A program made the translations under genes and the position numbers. The notes under the pieces are model-generated. The model searched no databases. It had not been told where the DNA came from and saw only the letters and a list, made by a program, of their open reading frames with translations. Below, one piece after another: positions 40,860 to 50,939 of a stretch of 64,000 bases of DNA. This DNA comes from an uncultured Synechococcus sp. (lineage in GTDB: Bacteria; Cyanobacteriota; Cyanobacteriia; Gloeomargaritales; Gloeomargaritaceae): contig CAYZTU010000001.1 of assembly GCA_964481635.1 (NCBI GenBank), positions 149,669 to 213,668 on the forward strand. The letters run 5' to 3'. Each line of letters starts with the position of its first letter. Position 1 is the first letter of the stretch.

Positions 40860-42608
40860 TCAAGAGTTTCTACGCCTGGGACTAATCAAATGTAAAACAT
40901 AGATAATCAAACCAGCAAAGCCCAACTCTTGATACAAAAAAGTGCGTAGTTGTTTGGATGTACGCTGTCTGCGAAATTCCCGTAGATAACTTTCAAATTG
41001 ACGGATAGCAATCATCTCCTGCTTACATACTTCTAATTGATTGCGTAGAAATCTTGACTCATCTAAAAGTTCGTTAGTTTTCTCTATAATATTATCGGTG
41101 ATTCCCAGTTCATTGAGTTTTTTGGGTATATTCCGAATTGGCTCTAACTCGGAGACAATTTTTTGAACTTGGTCTAAGAGTTTTTGAGTATTGGCTTCGG
41201 TTTGTTGGATGAAATTTTTAACTTGTTCTATTTTCTCCTGTTTAGTGTTTAGCTCAGTAATTGTCTGCTCGGAGAACGCTTTAGCTTGTTGTATCTCTTC
41301 AAGAATGCGTTGCATATCCTGTAAAACGTTCTCTCTGATGCCGAGTTGGTCTAATCTTTGAGGTAGATTCTTGAAATGTTCTAATTCTGAAGTGATTTTC
41401 TGTAGTTCTTGTAATTTCAGTTGAGTATCGGCTTCGGTTTGTTGGATGAAATTCTTGTTTTGCTCTATCCTTTCTTGATTGATTTGCAAATTAGTTAAGG
41501 TCTGTTCGGAAAATGCTTTAGCTTGTTGTACTTCTTCAAGAATACGTTGCATATCCTGTAAAACATTCTCCCTGATACCGAGTTGATCCAACCTTTGGGG
41601 TAAATTCTTGAAATGTTCTAATTCTGCAATGATTTTCTGTAGTTCTTGTAATTTCAGTTGAGTATCAGCTTCGGTTTGTTGGATGAAATTCTTGTTTTGC
41701 TCTATCCTTTCTTGATTGGTTTGCAGATCAGCAATTGTCTGCTCGGAGAACGCTTTAGCTTGTTGTATCTCTTCAAGAATGCGTTGCATATCCTGTAAAA
41801 CGTTCTCTCTGATACCGAGTTGGTCTAACCTTTGGGGTAGATTCTTAAAATATTCTAGTTCTATAATAATTCTCTGTAGCTCTTGCAATTTTAATTGAAT
41901 ATCAGCTTCGGTTTGTTGGATGAAATTCTTGTTTTGCTCTATCCTTTCGTGATTGGTTTGTAGCTCGGTAATTGTCTGCTCAGAAAATGTTTTAGCTTGT
42001 CGCACTTCTCCAAGAATACTTTGCATATCTTGTAAAACATTCTCTCTCATACCAAGTTGGTCTAACCTTTGGGATAGATTCTTAAAATATTCTAGTTCTA
42101 TAATAATTCTCTGTAGCTCTTGCAATTTTAATTGAATATCAGCTTCGGTTTGTTGGATGAAATTTTTGTTTTGCTCTATCTTTTCTTGATTGGTTTGTTG
42201 TTCAGCTAATGTCTGCTCGGAAAATGTTTTAGCTTGCCGTACCTCATCAAGAATGCGTTGTATATCCTGCAAAACATTCTCTTTGATGCCAGATTGGTCT
42301 AGGATGCCAAGTTGATCCAATCTTTGGGGTAAATTCTTGAAAGACTCTAATTCCGATAGAGTTTCGTCTAAGTCTGTTTTTGTTTTTTGTAATAGCTGTT
42401 TATTCAGTTCTAAATCTTGTGAAACAATTTCAATTCGTCGAATAAGTTCACTGACTTCATCAATTTGTTGTGCTTTTTGCAAAACTTCATCAATTTGTTG
42501 TGCTTTTTGCAAGAATTTACTCGCTTTTTCAAGAGCTTCATTAACTTTCTGACAGAGTAATTCTAAGTCCCTTGCAACTTCCAAATCAGTTTTGCTGTTG
42601 TAATCCAT
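40860..42608 (-). CDS. Tail-anchored coiled-coil protein built from about six near-identical 79-aa tandem repeats, with a single C-terminal TM helix.
   Basis: Repeat unit FKNLPQRLDQLGIRENVLQDMQRILEEIQQAKAFSEQTI.ELQTNQERIEQNKNFIQQTEADTQLKLQELQKI..ELE. C-terminal LYQELGFAGLIIYVLHLISPRRR. AT-rich. No match to any family I recognise. Confidence 0.7.
   Translation of the reverse strand: MDYNSKTDLEVARDLELLCQKVNEALEKASKFLQKAQQIDEVLQKAQQIDEVSELIRRIEIVSQDLELNKQLLQKTKTDLDETLSELESFKNLPQRLDQLGILDQSGIKENVLQDIQRILDEVRQAKTFSEQTLAEQQTNQEKIEQNKNFIQQTEADIQLKLQELQRIIIELEYFKNLSQRLDQLGMRENVLQDMQSILGEVRQAKTFSEQTITELQTNHERIEQNKNFIQQTEADIQLKLQELQRIIIELEYFKNLPQRLDQLGIRENVLQDMQRILEEIQQAKAFSEQTIADLQTNQERIEQNKNFIQQTEADTQLKLQELQKIIAELEHFKNLPQRLDQLGIRENVLQDMQRILEEVQQAKAFSEQTLTNLQINQERIEQNKNFIQQTEADTQLKLQELQKITSELEHFKNLPQRLDQLGIRENVLQDMQRILEEIQQAKAFSEQTITELNTKQEKIEQVKNFIQQTEANTQKLLDQVQKIVSELEPIRNIPKKLNELGITDNIIEKTNELLDESRFLRNQLEVCKQEMIAIRQFESYLREFRRQRTSKQLRTFLYQELGFAGLIIYVLHLISPRRRNS
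41050..42300 (-). repeat. About 237-bp tandem repeats (~6 units, above 90% identity) encoding the coiled-coil modules.
   Basis: Near-identical shadow ORFs at 41716-41898 and 41953-42135. The periodicity is visible in the DNA. Confidence 0.8.
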
Positions 42609-42617
42609 AATTAGACC

Positions 42618-44948
42618 TCACATTAATTTGATCCTATCAACAGCTAGTTTACACAAAATAGATACTAGAGGGGAGTCACTGTCTATGGGAAATTCATCAG
42701 CGAAGGGATATTGCTGCTCCTGCAGATGAGACGACCTCACTCTTGCTCTGATACGAGCGGCTTCGTAAGGTAACCTCTTTGCTTCCATTTCGTCAGCAAT
42801 AGCCAAAAGTATCCGATGATACTGTTTGCGGTTTAATGCTCGTATCCTAGATGCTTCGGCAACCGCATCCCAGGAACGGTCTAAGGCTCTCAGCATCAAA
42901 CATCGCAATCCCACTCGGTCTTCAATATCTGTCACTTCCTCCATTTCTCTAAATTGATTTTCCAAGAAATTTGTATCATGCTTTTTGAGTTTTGAAATAA
43001 GCTCTGATTCAACCCCATATATTTTTTCATCACTAGCTTTGATCAAATTTAGAACCGAGTAGGTATCAAAGTATAAATCTGGCACTTGATTGCGTATCCT
43101 ATTTAATACCCCATCAACATTTTCAAATGCACTTTCAGCATTAGATGATTGAGAAATCCAAGTTGCCAAACCATCGAGATGATCATCAGAGGCATCAAAA
43201 AATTCACAGTTCTGTAGCTTTTTTCGACCAATCTTTTCGATTTCAACCGATGTCATAACTACTAAAAGCCGTTGTCTCGGTCGAGTAGCCGCCGTGTACC
43301 AATTATTTGCCTCGACCAGTGATAGCCCTTTCTGTTCCTGGGCAAGAGATAATACAACGCATCCATCAAATTCTCGCCCCTTTGCACCTGCAACGCTCAA
43401 ATAATTGATACTTGGTAGTTGATTTGTCCTGTCTGGGATTTCTTGATCTTTAATATAAATAATGTAGGTTTGATTAGCTAGTCTATTTAACAAAAATCGC
43501 TCTGAATCTTTTGTTGATTTATTTATTTTATCGCTCAGTTTACTCAAAAATTTTTCTACATCATCAGGTGCAGAGACTTCTAATATCTTGATTGCCTCTC
43601 CCACTTCAAAAGCACTCTTAGGATCAGAAGGGGGCGGCGGATGAGCAACGCTATTAATTTTAGCAATTTGGTTTGAAATTTCATTACATATATTGGCAAA
43701 TTCAAGAATTTTCCGGGTGTTTCGATAATTATACTTTAGAGAATAACGCCGATTGAGATGTAGATCGCCCCAGTCAAAATCTACAGGTTGAATGCGTTGA
43801 TTCATGTCTCCCAACAACCAAAGTAAGGTAAAGTGTTGATGTTCTTTCTGCCATCGGCTTAGCATCTTATTACTAATCAATTTAAGTTCTTTGAGGAGAT
43901 AATCCTGCGCTTCATCTATGATAAGTACCGTTGAGTTTCTTGGCGTTATCGTTTCTGGAGTGAGTTTTTGACTTAGTTGTTCTAGAGCATCCACTCGCAG
44001 GATTTTGTTATTTAGATTTTCTTGGAATCTTGTTTTTCTGATCCCGCTAAGCTGTTCTATTTTTTCACGATTTTGTTTATAAAGAATCCGTTGTTGATAG
44101 TTTTTGACACTCTCATCAATTGCGTAAATAAAACTTGTGTATAGCTTTACGTCATTTTCATGTAGCTCGGCTAGATCAGTGATATGAATCCTTTTAGCTT
44201 CTTGTTGTAAGGCAATTTTTTGTTCTTCAATAGTAGCAATTTGAGAAAAGAGTTCCGGGTCTAGGCTTTCGATCCACTGCTCTAAAGTGCCAACAAAAAA
44301 GCTTTCGTTGTCATATTCTTTTTTGATCCGCTTAATCTGTTCATACTCTTGAATATCCCCACAAAGATTTTTAGGTAATATTAAAATGATATTAGAATAA
44401 TACTCATATAAATTGCAGGCCAACAATGCGGCACACACTGTTTTTCCTGTGCCTGGAGAACTTTGAATTAATAAGCTATCAATTTTTTCATGCGATGAAG
44501 AAACATTTAAGCTGGAAAGTAGTTGTTTTTGTTCCTCAGTTAAGCATGGTGAGTAGAGATAGCCGCCATAGAAAAATTGACGTAAAGAACTGGTTTGTGG
44601 AAGTAATTCATACGTGGGTAAATCTTCAACCTTTGTATCCTCAATGCCTAAATCAGCCCAGCTTAACTCCTCTGGCTCCATCTCTTCAATCGCTTGCTCA
44701 ACAGAGCTAAACCTACCTCTATAAACATCTTTCCGATCACCTACTTTGACAACTAAAATAGCATTTTCATCAATTCTTGTCCAAATAATCCTATAATTAC
44801 CTGTACGTGTACGCAATAACTTACTACAACCACTTAGTGCTTTATGTTCTCCAAAATGCCCTTCCCGAAAACGAGTTACTGTGTCTATTACATCAGGATA
44901 CCTCTGTATTCCTAAGATGGCAAAGCGGGTGAACCTGACCGTGTACAT
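42618..44948 (-). CDS. Fusion protein: N-terminal RelE/ParE-fold toxin-like domain (~80 aa), a central SF1 UvrD-like helicase/ATPase core, and a C-terminal ~170-aa unknown domain.
   Basis: N-terminus LSGCSKLLRTRTGNYRIIWTRIDENAILVVKVGDRKDVY matches the RelE/ParE C-terminal signature. Helicase motifs are present: Walker A SSPGTGKTV, motif II VLIIDEAQDY, motif III LLGDMNQRI, motif IV YNYRNT, motif V GAKGREFDGCVV, and motif VI AATRPRQRLLVV. AT-rich. Confidence 0.7.
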   Translation of the reverse strand: MYTVRFTRFAILGIQRYPDVIDTVTRFREGHFGEHKALSGCSKLLRTRTGNYRIIWTRIDENAILVVKVGDRKDVYRGRFSSVEQAIEEMEPEELSWADLGIEDTKVEDLPTYELLPQTSSLRQFFYGGYLYSPCLTEEQKQLLSSLNVSSSHEKIDSLLIQSSPGTGKTVCAALLACNLYEYYSNIILILPKNLCGDIQEYEQIKRIKKEYDNESFFVGTLEQWIESLDPELFSQIATIEEQKIALQQEAKRIHITDLAELHENDVKLYTSFIYAIDESVKNYQQRILYKQNREKIEQLSGIRKTRFQENLNNKILRVDALEQLSQKLTPETITPRNSTVLIIDEAQDYLLKELKLISNKMLSRWQKEHQHFTLLWLLGDMNQRIQPVDFDWGDLHLNRRYSLKYNYRNTRKILEFANICNEISNQIAKINSVAHPPPPSDPKSAFEVGEAIKILEVSAPDDVEKFLSKLSDKINKSTKDSERFLLNRLANQTYIIYIKDQEIPDRTNQLPSINYLSVAGAKGREFDGCVVLSLAQEQKGLSLVEANNWYTAATRPRQRLLVVMTSVEIEKIGRKKLQNCEFFDASDDHLDGLATWISQSSNAESAFENVDGVLNRIRNQVPDLYFDTYSVLNLIKASDEKIYGVESELISKLKKHDTNFLENQFREMEEVTDIEDRVGLRCLMLRALDRSWDAVAEASRIRALNRKQYHRILLAIADEMEAKRLPYEAARIRARVRSSHLQEQQYPFADEFPIDSDSPLVSILCKLAVDRIKLM

Positions 44949-45001
44949 AGGTTACATAACTTAAAATTTGGATGCCCTCATATTTTTACAATACAACTTT
45001 T

Positions 45002-46063
45002 TTAGGGTTTAACTTGTAGCGAAGCCAACACCTGCGCCACCCGTTGGGCACTATCGGGTACAGCTGACGCTCCCATCGCGTGTGCCATTTGCACTAATTG
45101 TTCGGGATGATCCGCTAGTTCTCTAACCAAGGAATCAAGTTTTTCAGGAGCTAAATCCGCCTGTTTGATGACCACCGCCGCCCCCTGTGCCGCAAATATA
45201 TCCGCATTGTACTGTTGGTGATTTTCCGCCGCCCAGGGGTAGGGGATCAAAATCGCCGGTTTGTGCAACAAGGTTAGTTCGCTTAACGTGCCCGCCCCCG
45301 CCCGTGCCACCACCACCTGCGCCCGCCCCATCCAGGCGGCCATATCCGGGAAAAATGCCCGTTCTATGTACTGCGGATGACTGAGATTGCCCCGCTCCGG
45401 GTCCTGGTCGCCCGTCTGATGCACCACCCACCAACCCCGCTCTAGCCAATTTGGGACGCAGGCACGCACCATACGATTTAAACTCACTGCTCCTTGGCTA
45501 CCGCCGGTAATAAGCACTACAAACGCATCACAAGGAATCGCCAAAGCTTCTTCAGCTAAGGTAATTTGGGCAAAATCAGGACGCACCGGCGTACCCACGA
45601 CCACGGTTTTCATCCCCGGCAAATAGCTCTGCGCTTCGGCAAATCCCAGGGCGACCACCGCACACCAGCGTCCCAACCAGCGGGTGACTTTCCCCGGTAA
45701 CACATTGGATTCGTGCAAGACCACGGGTATGCCCAGGGAACGGGCGGCCAGAATAGCGGGGGCGGCAATATAGCCCCCGGTGGTAAACACCTGGTCAAAG
45801 CTCCCCGATTTTAATAACCGGCGGACGTGCCAGGTGGCGTTTAGCAATTCTCCCAGCACCCGCACCGTGCGCCAGTTCACCCCCCCCGGCAGGCCGGACA
45901 AGCGTACCCGATGCAGGGGATAATTCTGCGGCACCAACTGATTTTCCAACCGCTCCGGCACCCCCAGCCACTCCATCCGCCAATCCGGTAGTGCCTGCGC
46001 CACGGCCAAGGCCGGAAACACGTGCCCGCCGGTGCCACTAGCGGCGATCAACAATTTGGGCAT
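45002..46063 (-). CDS. murG: Undecaprenyldiphospho-muramoylpentapeptide beta-N-acetylglucosaminyltransferase.
   Basis: GTGGHVFPALAVA motif. Start taken at MPKLLIAASGTGGH, although the ORF track extends 9 codons further upstream. Confidence 0.85.
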   Translation of the reverse strand: MPKLLIAASGTGGHVFPALAVAQALPDWRMEWLGVPERLENQLVPQNYPLHRVRLSGLPGGVNWRTVRVLGELLNATWHVRRLLKSGSFDQVFTTGGYIAAPAILAARSLGIPVVLHESNVLPGKVTRWLGRWCAVVALGFAEAQSYLPGMKTVVVGTPVRPDFAQITLAEEALAIPCDAFVVLITGGSQGAVSLNRMVRACVPNWLERGWWVVHQTGDQDPERGNLSHPQYIERAFFPDMAAWMGRAQVVVARAGAGTLSELTLLHKPAILIPYPWAAENHQQYNADIFAAQGAAVVIKQADLAPEKLDSLVRELADHPEQLVQMAHAMGASAVPDSAQRVAQVLASLQVKP

Positions 46064-47046
46064 TAGGCCATCCCCCGCTGGCGAAACCATTGCACCGCCT
46101 CGTGAATCGCCCGGTCTAAATCCGTTTGCGGTAAACCCAGTTCCTGAATCGCCCGCTGGGCACTGTAATACATGGTTTGTTGCGCCATGCGTACCCCGTC
46201 CAGGGCAAGACTGGGCGTTTTCCCCAGGGCACCCAACAGGATTTCATCCACCCACGCCACGGCCAGGGGAATCTGCACGGGAATCTGCCACCCGGGGGCG
46301 GGTAGACCGGTGGTCTGCGCCAGTTTTTGCAAAAATTCCTGCAAGGATAAATTACTGTGCCCCAAAATGTACCTGCGCCCAGATTGGCCTTTTTGCCAAG
46401 CGAGAATATGCCCCCAGGCCACATCCTGCACGGGAATAAAATTCAAACCCGTATTGACATAAGCAGGCATTTGCCCCCGCAAAAACCGCAGGATAATCTC
46501 CCCCGTGGGGGTGGGTTTGCCATCCCAGGCACCGATCGGGGTGGTGGGGTTGACGATTACCACATCCTGTCCCGCTTGGGCGGCTTGCATCGCTGCCTGC
46601 TCAGCCCAGTACTTGGACTGTTTGTAATGGCCGATGAGTGATGCCACCGGGCTTTGGTGGGTTTCATCCACGACTGCTCCCGGTTTCCCCACACCAATGG
46701 CAGCCACAGAACTGGTATAGACCGTGCGGGGTACGCCCACGGATTGGGCTGCCCTGAGGATGGAGCGGGTGCCCAGGACATTGGCCTGATACAGTTGGTC
46801 TTTGTCCTTTTGCCAGAGGGAATAATGGGCAGCCACATGGAACAGCACATCGCACCCGCTCAAATACCGGGGCAATGCGGGACTGAGCAAATCCCCCGTT
46901 ACCCACTCCACCGGCAATCCTTGGAGATTCGTCAGGGTACTCTGGGGGCGCACCAGCACCCGCACCTGATGCCCCTGGGTGAGGAGCAACCGGACGAGGT
47001 TGGCTCCCACAAACCCGGTGGCTCCCGTGACCAACGCCTGCGCCAT
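46063..47046 (-). CDS. NAD(P)-dependent epimerase/dehydratase family protein (extended SDR; dihydroflavonol-reductase/HpnA-like).
   Basis: N-terminal TGATGFVG Rossmann motif and the YxxxK region (YKQSKYWAE). Confidence 0.75.
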   Translation of the reverse strand: MAQALVTGATGFVGANLVRLLLTQGHQVRVLVRPQSTLTNLQGLPVEWVTGDLLSPALPRYLSGCDVLFHVAAHYSLWQKDKDQLYQANVLGTRSILRAAQSVGVPRTVYTSSVAAIGVGKPGAVVDETHQSPVASLIGHYKQSKYWAEQAAMQAAQAGQDVVIVNPTTPIGAWDGKPTPTGEIILRFLRGQMPAYVNTGLNFIPVQDVAWGHILAWQKGQSGRRYILGHSNLSLQEFLQKLAQTTGLPAPGWQIPVQIPLAVAWVDEILLGALGKTPSLALDGVRMAQQTMYYSAQRAIQELGLPQTDLDRAIHEAVQWFRQRGMA

Positions 47047-47056
47047 GGGGCTGGGG

Positions 47057-50000
47057 CTATTCTTCTTCCAACAGGACTTGACGGGGGTCGGTGGAGTCGT
47101 CCACCATGTCCTCGCTCAGCACCAGCACCTCTTCTTCGTTATCAGGAACATCCACGGTGCGGTGACGGTAGCCACTGGAGCTTTCGGCAAAAAAGCCCGT
47201 CCCCGCCGGGATTAGCCGCCCGATGATCACGTTTTCTTTTAACCCCCGCAGGTAATCCACCCGCCCTTCAATGGCTGCTTCCGTGAGTACCTTGGTGGTT
47301 TCCTGGAAGCTGGCCGCTGAAATGAAACTGTCCGTATTCAAGGCGGCTTTGGTGATCCCCATCAACTTAGGACGGTACTGGGCGGGCGCACCGGGCACCG
47401 TGTTGTTTAGGCTTTCGATTTCCCGCAGGATCATCATTTCCCCCGGGAGCCGCATGGTGTCGCCCCCGTCTTCCACCAGCACCTTGGCGGTCATTTGCCG
47501 CACCACGACCTCGATGTGCTTGTCGGAAATTTCGATCCCCTGGTTGCGGTACACCCCCTGCACCTCGTTGACCAGGTGGGTTTGCACCTTTTCCAAACTG
47601 TGGCGGCAGGCTTCGTAGGGGGACTCGGTTTCCCGGTACAGTTCAAAGAAGAGTTCCAGCAGTTCGTGGGGGTTAATCGGGCCGTCCGTAAGGGGTTCCC
47701 CGGCCTGCACCAGTTCCCCGTCCGTCACCACCAGGTTCTGCCCCGGGTCGGTACTCAGGTCATTCACCACCTGACCATCGCTGGCAATGATTTTGATCTG
47801 GTAGGTATCATCCGGGCGGCGGGTCACCTGCACCTGCCCAGAACGGCGAGCCAGATGGCAGGAATCCTTGGGATTACGGGCTTCCAGCAGTTCCTCAATC
47901 CGGGGCAAACCCTGGATAATATCGCTGTTTTTTACCCGCTCAAATACCAACGTCACCAGGCGTTCATTCCGTTGCACCAAATCCCCATGCCCCACGTGCA
48001 GGGTCGCCCCCGCCGAGGCCAGATAGGGACGGGCTAACCGCAAGGTAACCCGGTCTTTGCTGACCTGCACCACTTGACCCGATTCGGGCGTGACCACCCC
48101 CGGAGCCAATTCATCCCCCGCCCGGAGCATCTCTCCGGCACGTACCTGGGCTTTTGCCCCGCCCAAGGGTACCTGGAACTGGTCTTCCGAGGTGACCACC
48201 ACGAGTTTGCGGGTCGTGCCGCCCTCCTGGATGATCCGCCCCACAAACCCGCCTGTACGGCTGAGCATCACCGTGCGCGCCACGGGTGAACCGGGCAGGA
48301 TCGTCTGCCCATCCTGCACCAAAATTTGGGTCTGGGTGCGCCCTTGGATTTGGTCAGCTTCCTCGTCCGCCCGCACCACCAGGGATTCCAGGATCACCAA
48401 CTGCAAGCGGCTGATCGCCTCGTCCTGGCCGTCCGGGATAAATTCAATGTCAGCAGCCAGTTGGGGCGCATCTTCGCCAATCTCCAGAACCAGTTGGGTG
48501 CGGAGCAATTCCACCCCATCCTTGGCCTTGACCCGCTCCCCATCCTTGTAACTCAACCGTTGCACCGCCCGTAAGCGAATCCCCGCCCCGGACTCGTGCA
48601 TGGCTTCCTGGCTGGGCACCGCCGGTTCCGTGGCAATCGCATATTCCACCACCGGGCGCAACAACAAGGCCGCCCCCGTCGGGGTGTCCACGTACTCCAG
48701 GAAACTCAATGTCTCTACCGACAAACCGGGCAAGACCGTTTCCCCCGGATGCGCCAGGGTTTCGTGCCGCTCCATCGCCAGGTTGGGGTCATCCACCAAA
48801 AATACCTGCCCCGGCTTGATCACTACCTCCCGGAGGATGTCATTTTTTTCCATCACTTCCACCACCCCGGTGGTTTGACAGAAAATGTCTTTGACAATTT
48901 CCGTCCCGGCTTCCACGGACTCCCCGGCGGCCACCTGCAACAGGGAAATGTCCTTGTTCACCTCGTGGGTTTCCTCGGGAATCCACAGCAGGGTGCCCCC
49001 TTGGGTCACCTCGTAGCCCTGCTTGCTCCCCCGTCCCTTGCGGATGGTTTCCAACCCGGCACTGTAGCGGACAATCCCGCCGGTTTGGGTGCGGTATTGG
49101 CTATCTTGGAGTTCCGCCACCACGGTCGCATGGGTGACTTTGCTACCGGGGCTGACCTTGAGGGCAAACCGCTGGCCGGTGCGGGTTTCTAGCACATAAT
49201 GCTCGCTCCCGTGCAGGGTTTCTTTGATCACTTTGGCCTGGTCAAGAAGTACCGATGATGTAATAATTTTAATCTCCCGACTGCCCCGGTGATTTTCCCC
49301 GTGGCTCAGGCGCACCAACCCCCCGTGCTCGCTGATTAAATCCGTCTGGGACAAAATGCTTTCCGCCTGGATTTCCTGACCGGTTTGTACCACGGGTTCG
49401 GCACCGGGGGGCAAATTGTACACCTCCCCGGCCAGTACCCAGATCAACCCCGCCCGTTGGGTACTGCGGATGGTCGCCGACTGGCCGTCACTGCCTGCGC
49501 TACGATCCAGCTTTTCCTCCACCTGGAGATCAGCGCAGTACACCTCGCCGGGAATGTCGGTGGATACGTCCCGGGTGGCTTTTTCCGTGGTACGGCGGGT
49601 GTGTCCCGTGGTGGGTTTTTCCGCCAGCACCTGCCCCGGACGGACTGAGGTGCCCGGTTGCACCAACACCACACTCCCCTTGGTGAGGGTAAATTCCCGG
49701 GTCTCTGTCTCACCCACCAGTCTCAAAATGGTGTCCCCTTCGGCCACCAGGGCATCCTCCCCGTGGCGGGTACGGTGGGCACGGGTGGGGGCTTCCTGAC
49801 CCAGTTCCATCACGCCCGCAAAGGGTGCCCGGGTCAGTTCCGCCACATCCCCGGTAAAGACCCCGCCCGTGTGGAAAGTACGCATGGTCAACTGGGTGCC
49901 GGGTTCGCCGATGGACTGGGCGGCAATGATCCCCACCGCCTCTCCCATGTCCACCAACTGGCCGTGGGCGAGGTTCCAGCCGTAGCAGTTTTGGCAAATC

Positions 50001-50896
50001 GAATGGCTGGCCTCACAGGTCAAGGGGGAACGCACCATCACCTCCGTCACTCCGGCTTTGACAATGGCCTTGGCCAAATCAGCACTGATACTCTGATTGC
50101 GGGCGGCCAAAATTTCCCCAGTTTCGGGATGCAGGACATCCCGGGCAGCCACCCGCCCGATCAACCGCTCCCGCAACTGGATTTGCCGTTCCCCCACCTG
50201 CAGGGTACGCAAAACCATCCCTTTCTGGGTGCCGCAATCCACTTCTCGGATGATCATATCCTGCGCCACATCCACCAACCGGCGGGTGAGGTAGCCGGAA
50301 TCTGCCGTGCGTAAGGCCGTATCCACCAAGCCTTTGCGGGCACCGTAGGAGGAGATAATGTAATCCGTCACGGTCAACCCCTCCCGGAAGTTGGCCTTGA
50401 TCGGCTGCTCAATAATTTCCCCGTTCGGGTCGGCCATTAACCCCCGCATCCCCACCAACTGCCGCACCTGGGAGACATTCCCCCGCGCCCCGGAGGTCGC
50501 CATCATATACACGGGATTGAGGGGGTCGGTCTGCTCAAAATTCCGCATCAGGTCGTCTTTGAGGGTTTCGCTGGTGGCATTCCAGGTATCAATGACTTTT
50601 TGGAACTGCTCGACTTTGGTAATTTCCCCCCGGTCGTAGCGCTCCTTGGTGGTTTGGATGGCCTCTTCCGCCAGTTGGAGCAATTCCGGCTTGCTGGGGG
50701 GCACCCGCAGGTCGTCAATGCTGATGGATACCCCCGCTTGGGTGGCGTACCGGAACCCCATACTCTTGATAAAGTCGGCCATCTGGGCGGTGCGGGCGGT
50801 GCCGTAGCGGCTAAAAGCCCAGCCGATGAGCTCTTTCAACTGGCCTTTGCCAATGACCTTGTTGCGAAACAGGGGACGGGGGGCGGGTTGGTTCAT
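47057..50896 (-). CDS. rpoC2: DNA-directed RNA polymerase subunit beta' (the cyanobacterial split C-terminal portion).
   Basis: 1279 aa. Conserved beta' C-terminal blocks. Sits immediately downstream of rpoC1. Confidence 0.95.
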   Translation of the reverse strand: MNQPAPRPLFRNKVIGKGQLKELIGWAFSRYGTARTAQMADFIKSMGFRYATQAGVSISIDDLRVPPSKPELLQLAEEAIQTTKERYDRGEITKVEQFQKVIDTWNATSETLKDDLMRNFEQTDPLNPVYMMATSGARGNVSQVRQLVGMRGLMADPNGEIIEQPIKANFREGLTVTDYIISSYGARKGLVDTALRTADSGYLTRRLVDVAQDMIIREVDCGTQKGMVLRTLQVGERQIQLRERLIGRVAARDVLHPETGEILAARNQSISADLAKAIVKAGVTEVMVRSPLTCEASHSICQNCYGWNLAHGQLVDMGEAVGIIAAQSIGEPGTQLTMRTFHTGGVFTGDVAELTRAPFAGVMELGQEAPTRAHRTRHGEDALVAEGDTILRLVGETETREFTLTKGSVVLVQPGTSVRPGQVLAEKPTTGHTRRTTEKATRDVSTDIPGEVYCADLQVEEKLDRSAGSDGQSATIRSTQRAGLIWVLAGEVYNLPPGAEPVVQTGQEIQAESILSQTDLISEHGGLVRLSHGENHRGSREIKIITSSVLLDQAKVIKETLHGSEHYVLETRTGQRFALKVSPGSKVTHATVVAELQDSQYRTQTGGIVRYSAGLETIRKGRGSKQGYEVTQGGTLLWIPEETHEVNKDISLLQVAAGESVEAGTEIVKDIFCQTTGVVEVMEKNDILREVVIKPGQVFLVDDPNLAMERHETLAHPGETVLPGLSVETLSFLEYVDTPTGAALLLRPVVEYAIATEPAVPSQEAMHESGAGIRLRAVQRLSYKDGERVKAKDGVELLRTQLVLEIGEDAPQLAADIEFIPDGQDEAISRLQLVILESLVVRADEEADQIQGRTQTQILVQDGQTILPGSPVARTVMLSRTGGFVGRIIQEGGTTRKLVVVTSEDQFQVPLGGAKAQVRAGEMLRAGDELAPGVVTPESGQVVQVSKDRVTLRLARPYLASAGATLHVGHGDLVQRNERLVTLVFERVKNSDIIQGLPRIEELLEARNPKDSCHLARRSGQVQVTRRPDDTYQIKIIASDGQVVNDLSTDPGQNLVVTDGELVQAGEPLTDGPINPHELLELFFELYRETESPYEACRHSLEKVQTHLVNEVQGVYRNQGIEISDKHIEVVVRQMTAKVLVEDGGDTMRLPGEMMILREIESLNNTVPGAPAQYRPKLMGITKAALNTDSFISAASFQETTKVLTEAAIEGRVDYLRGLKENVIIGRLIPAGTGFFAESSSGYRHRTVDVPDNEEEVLVLSEDMVDDSTDPRQVLLEEE

Positions 50897-50939
50897 GGTC
50901 AGACCTCCGGCGGTAAAGGGATAGGAAACGGACAGGGAA

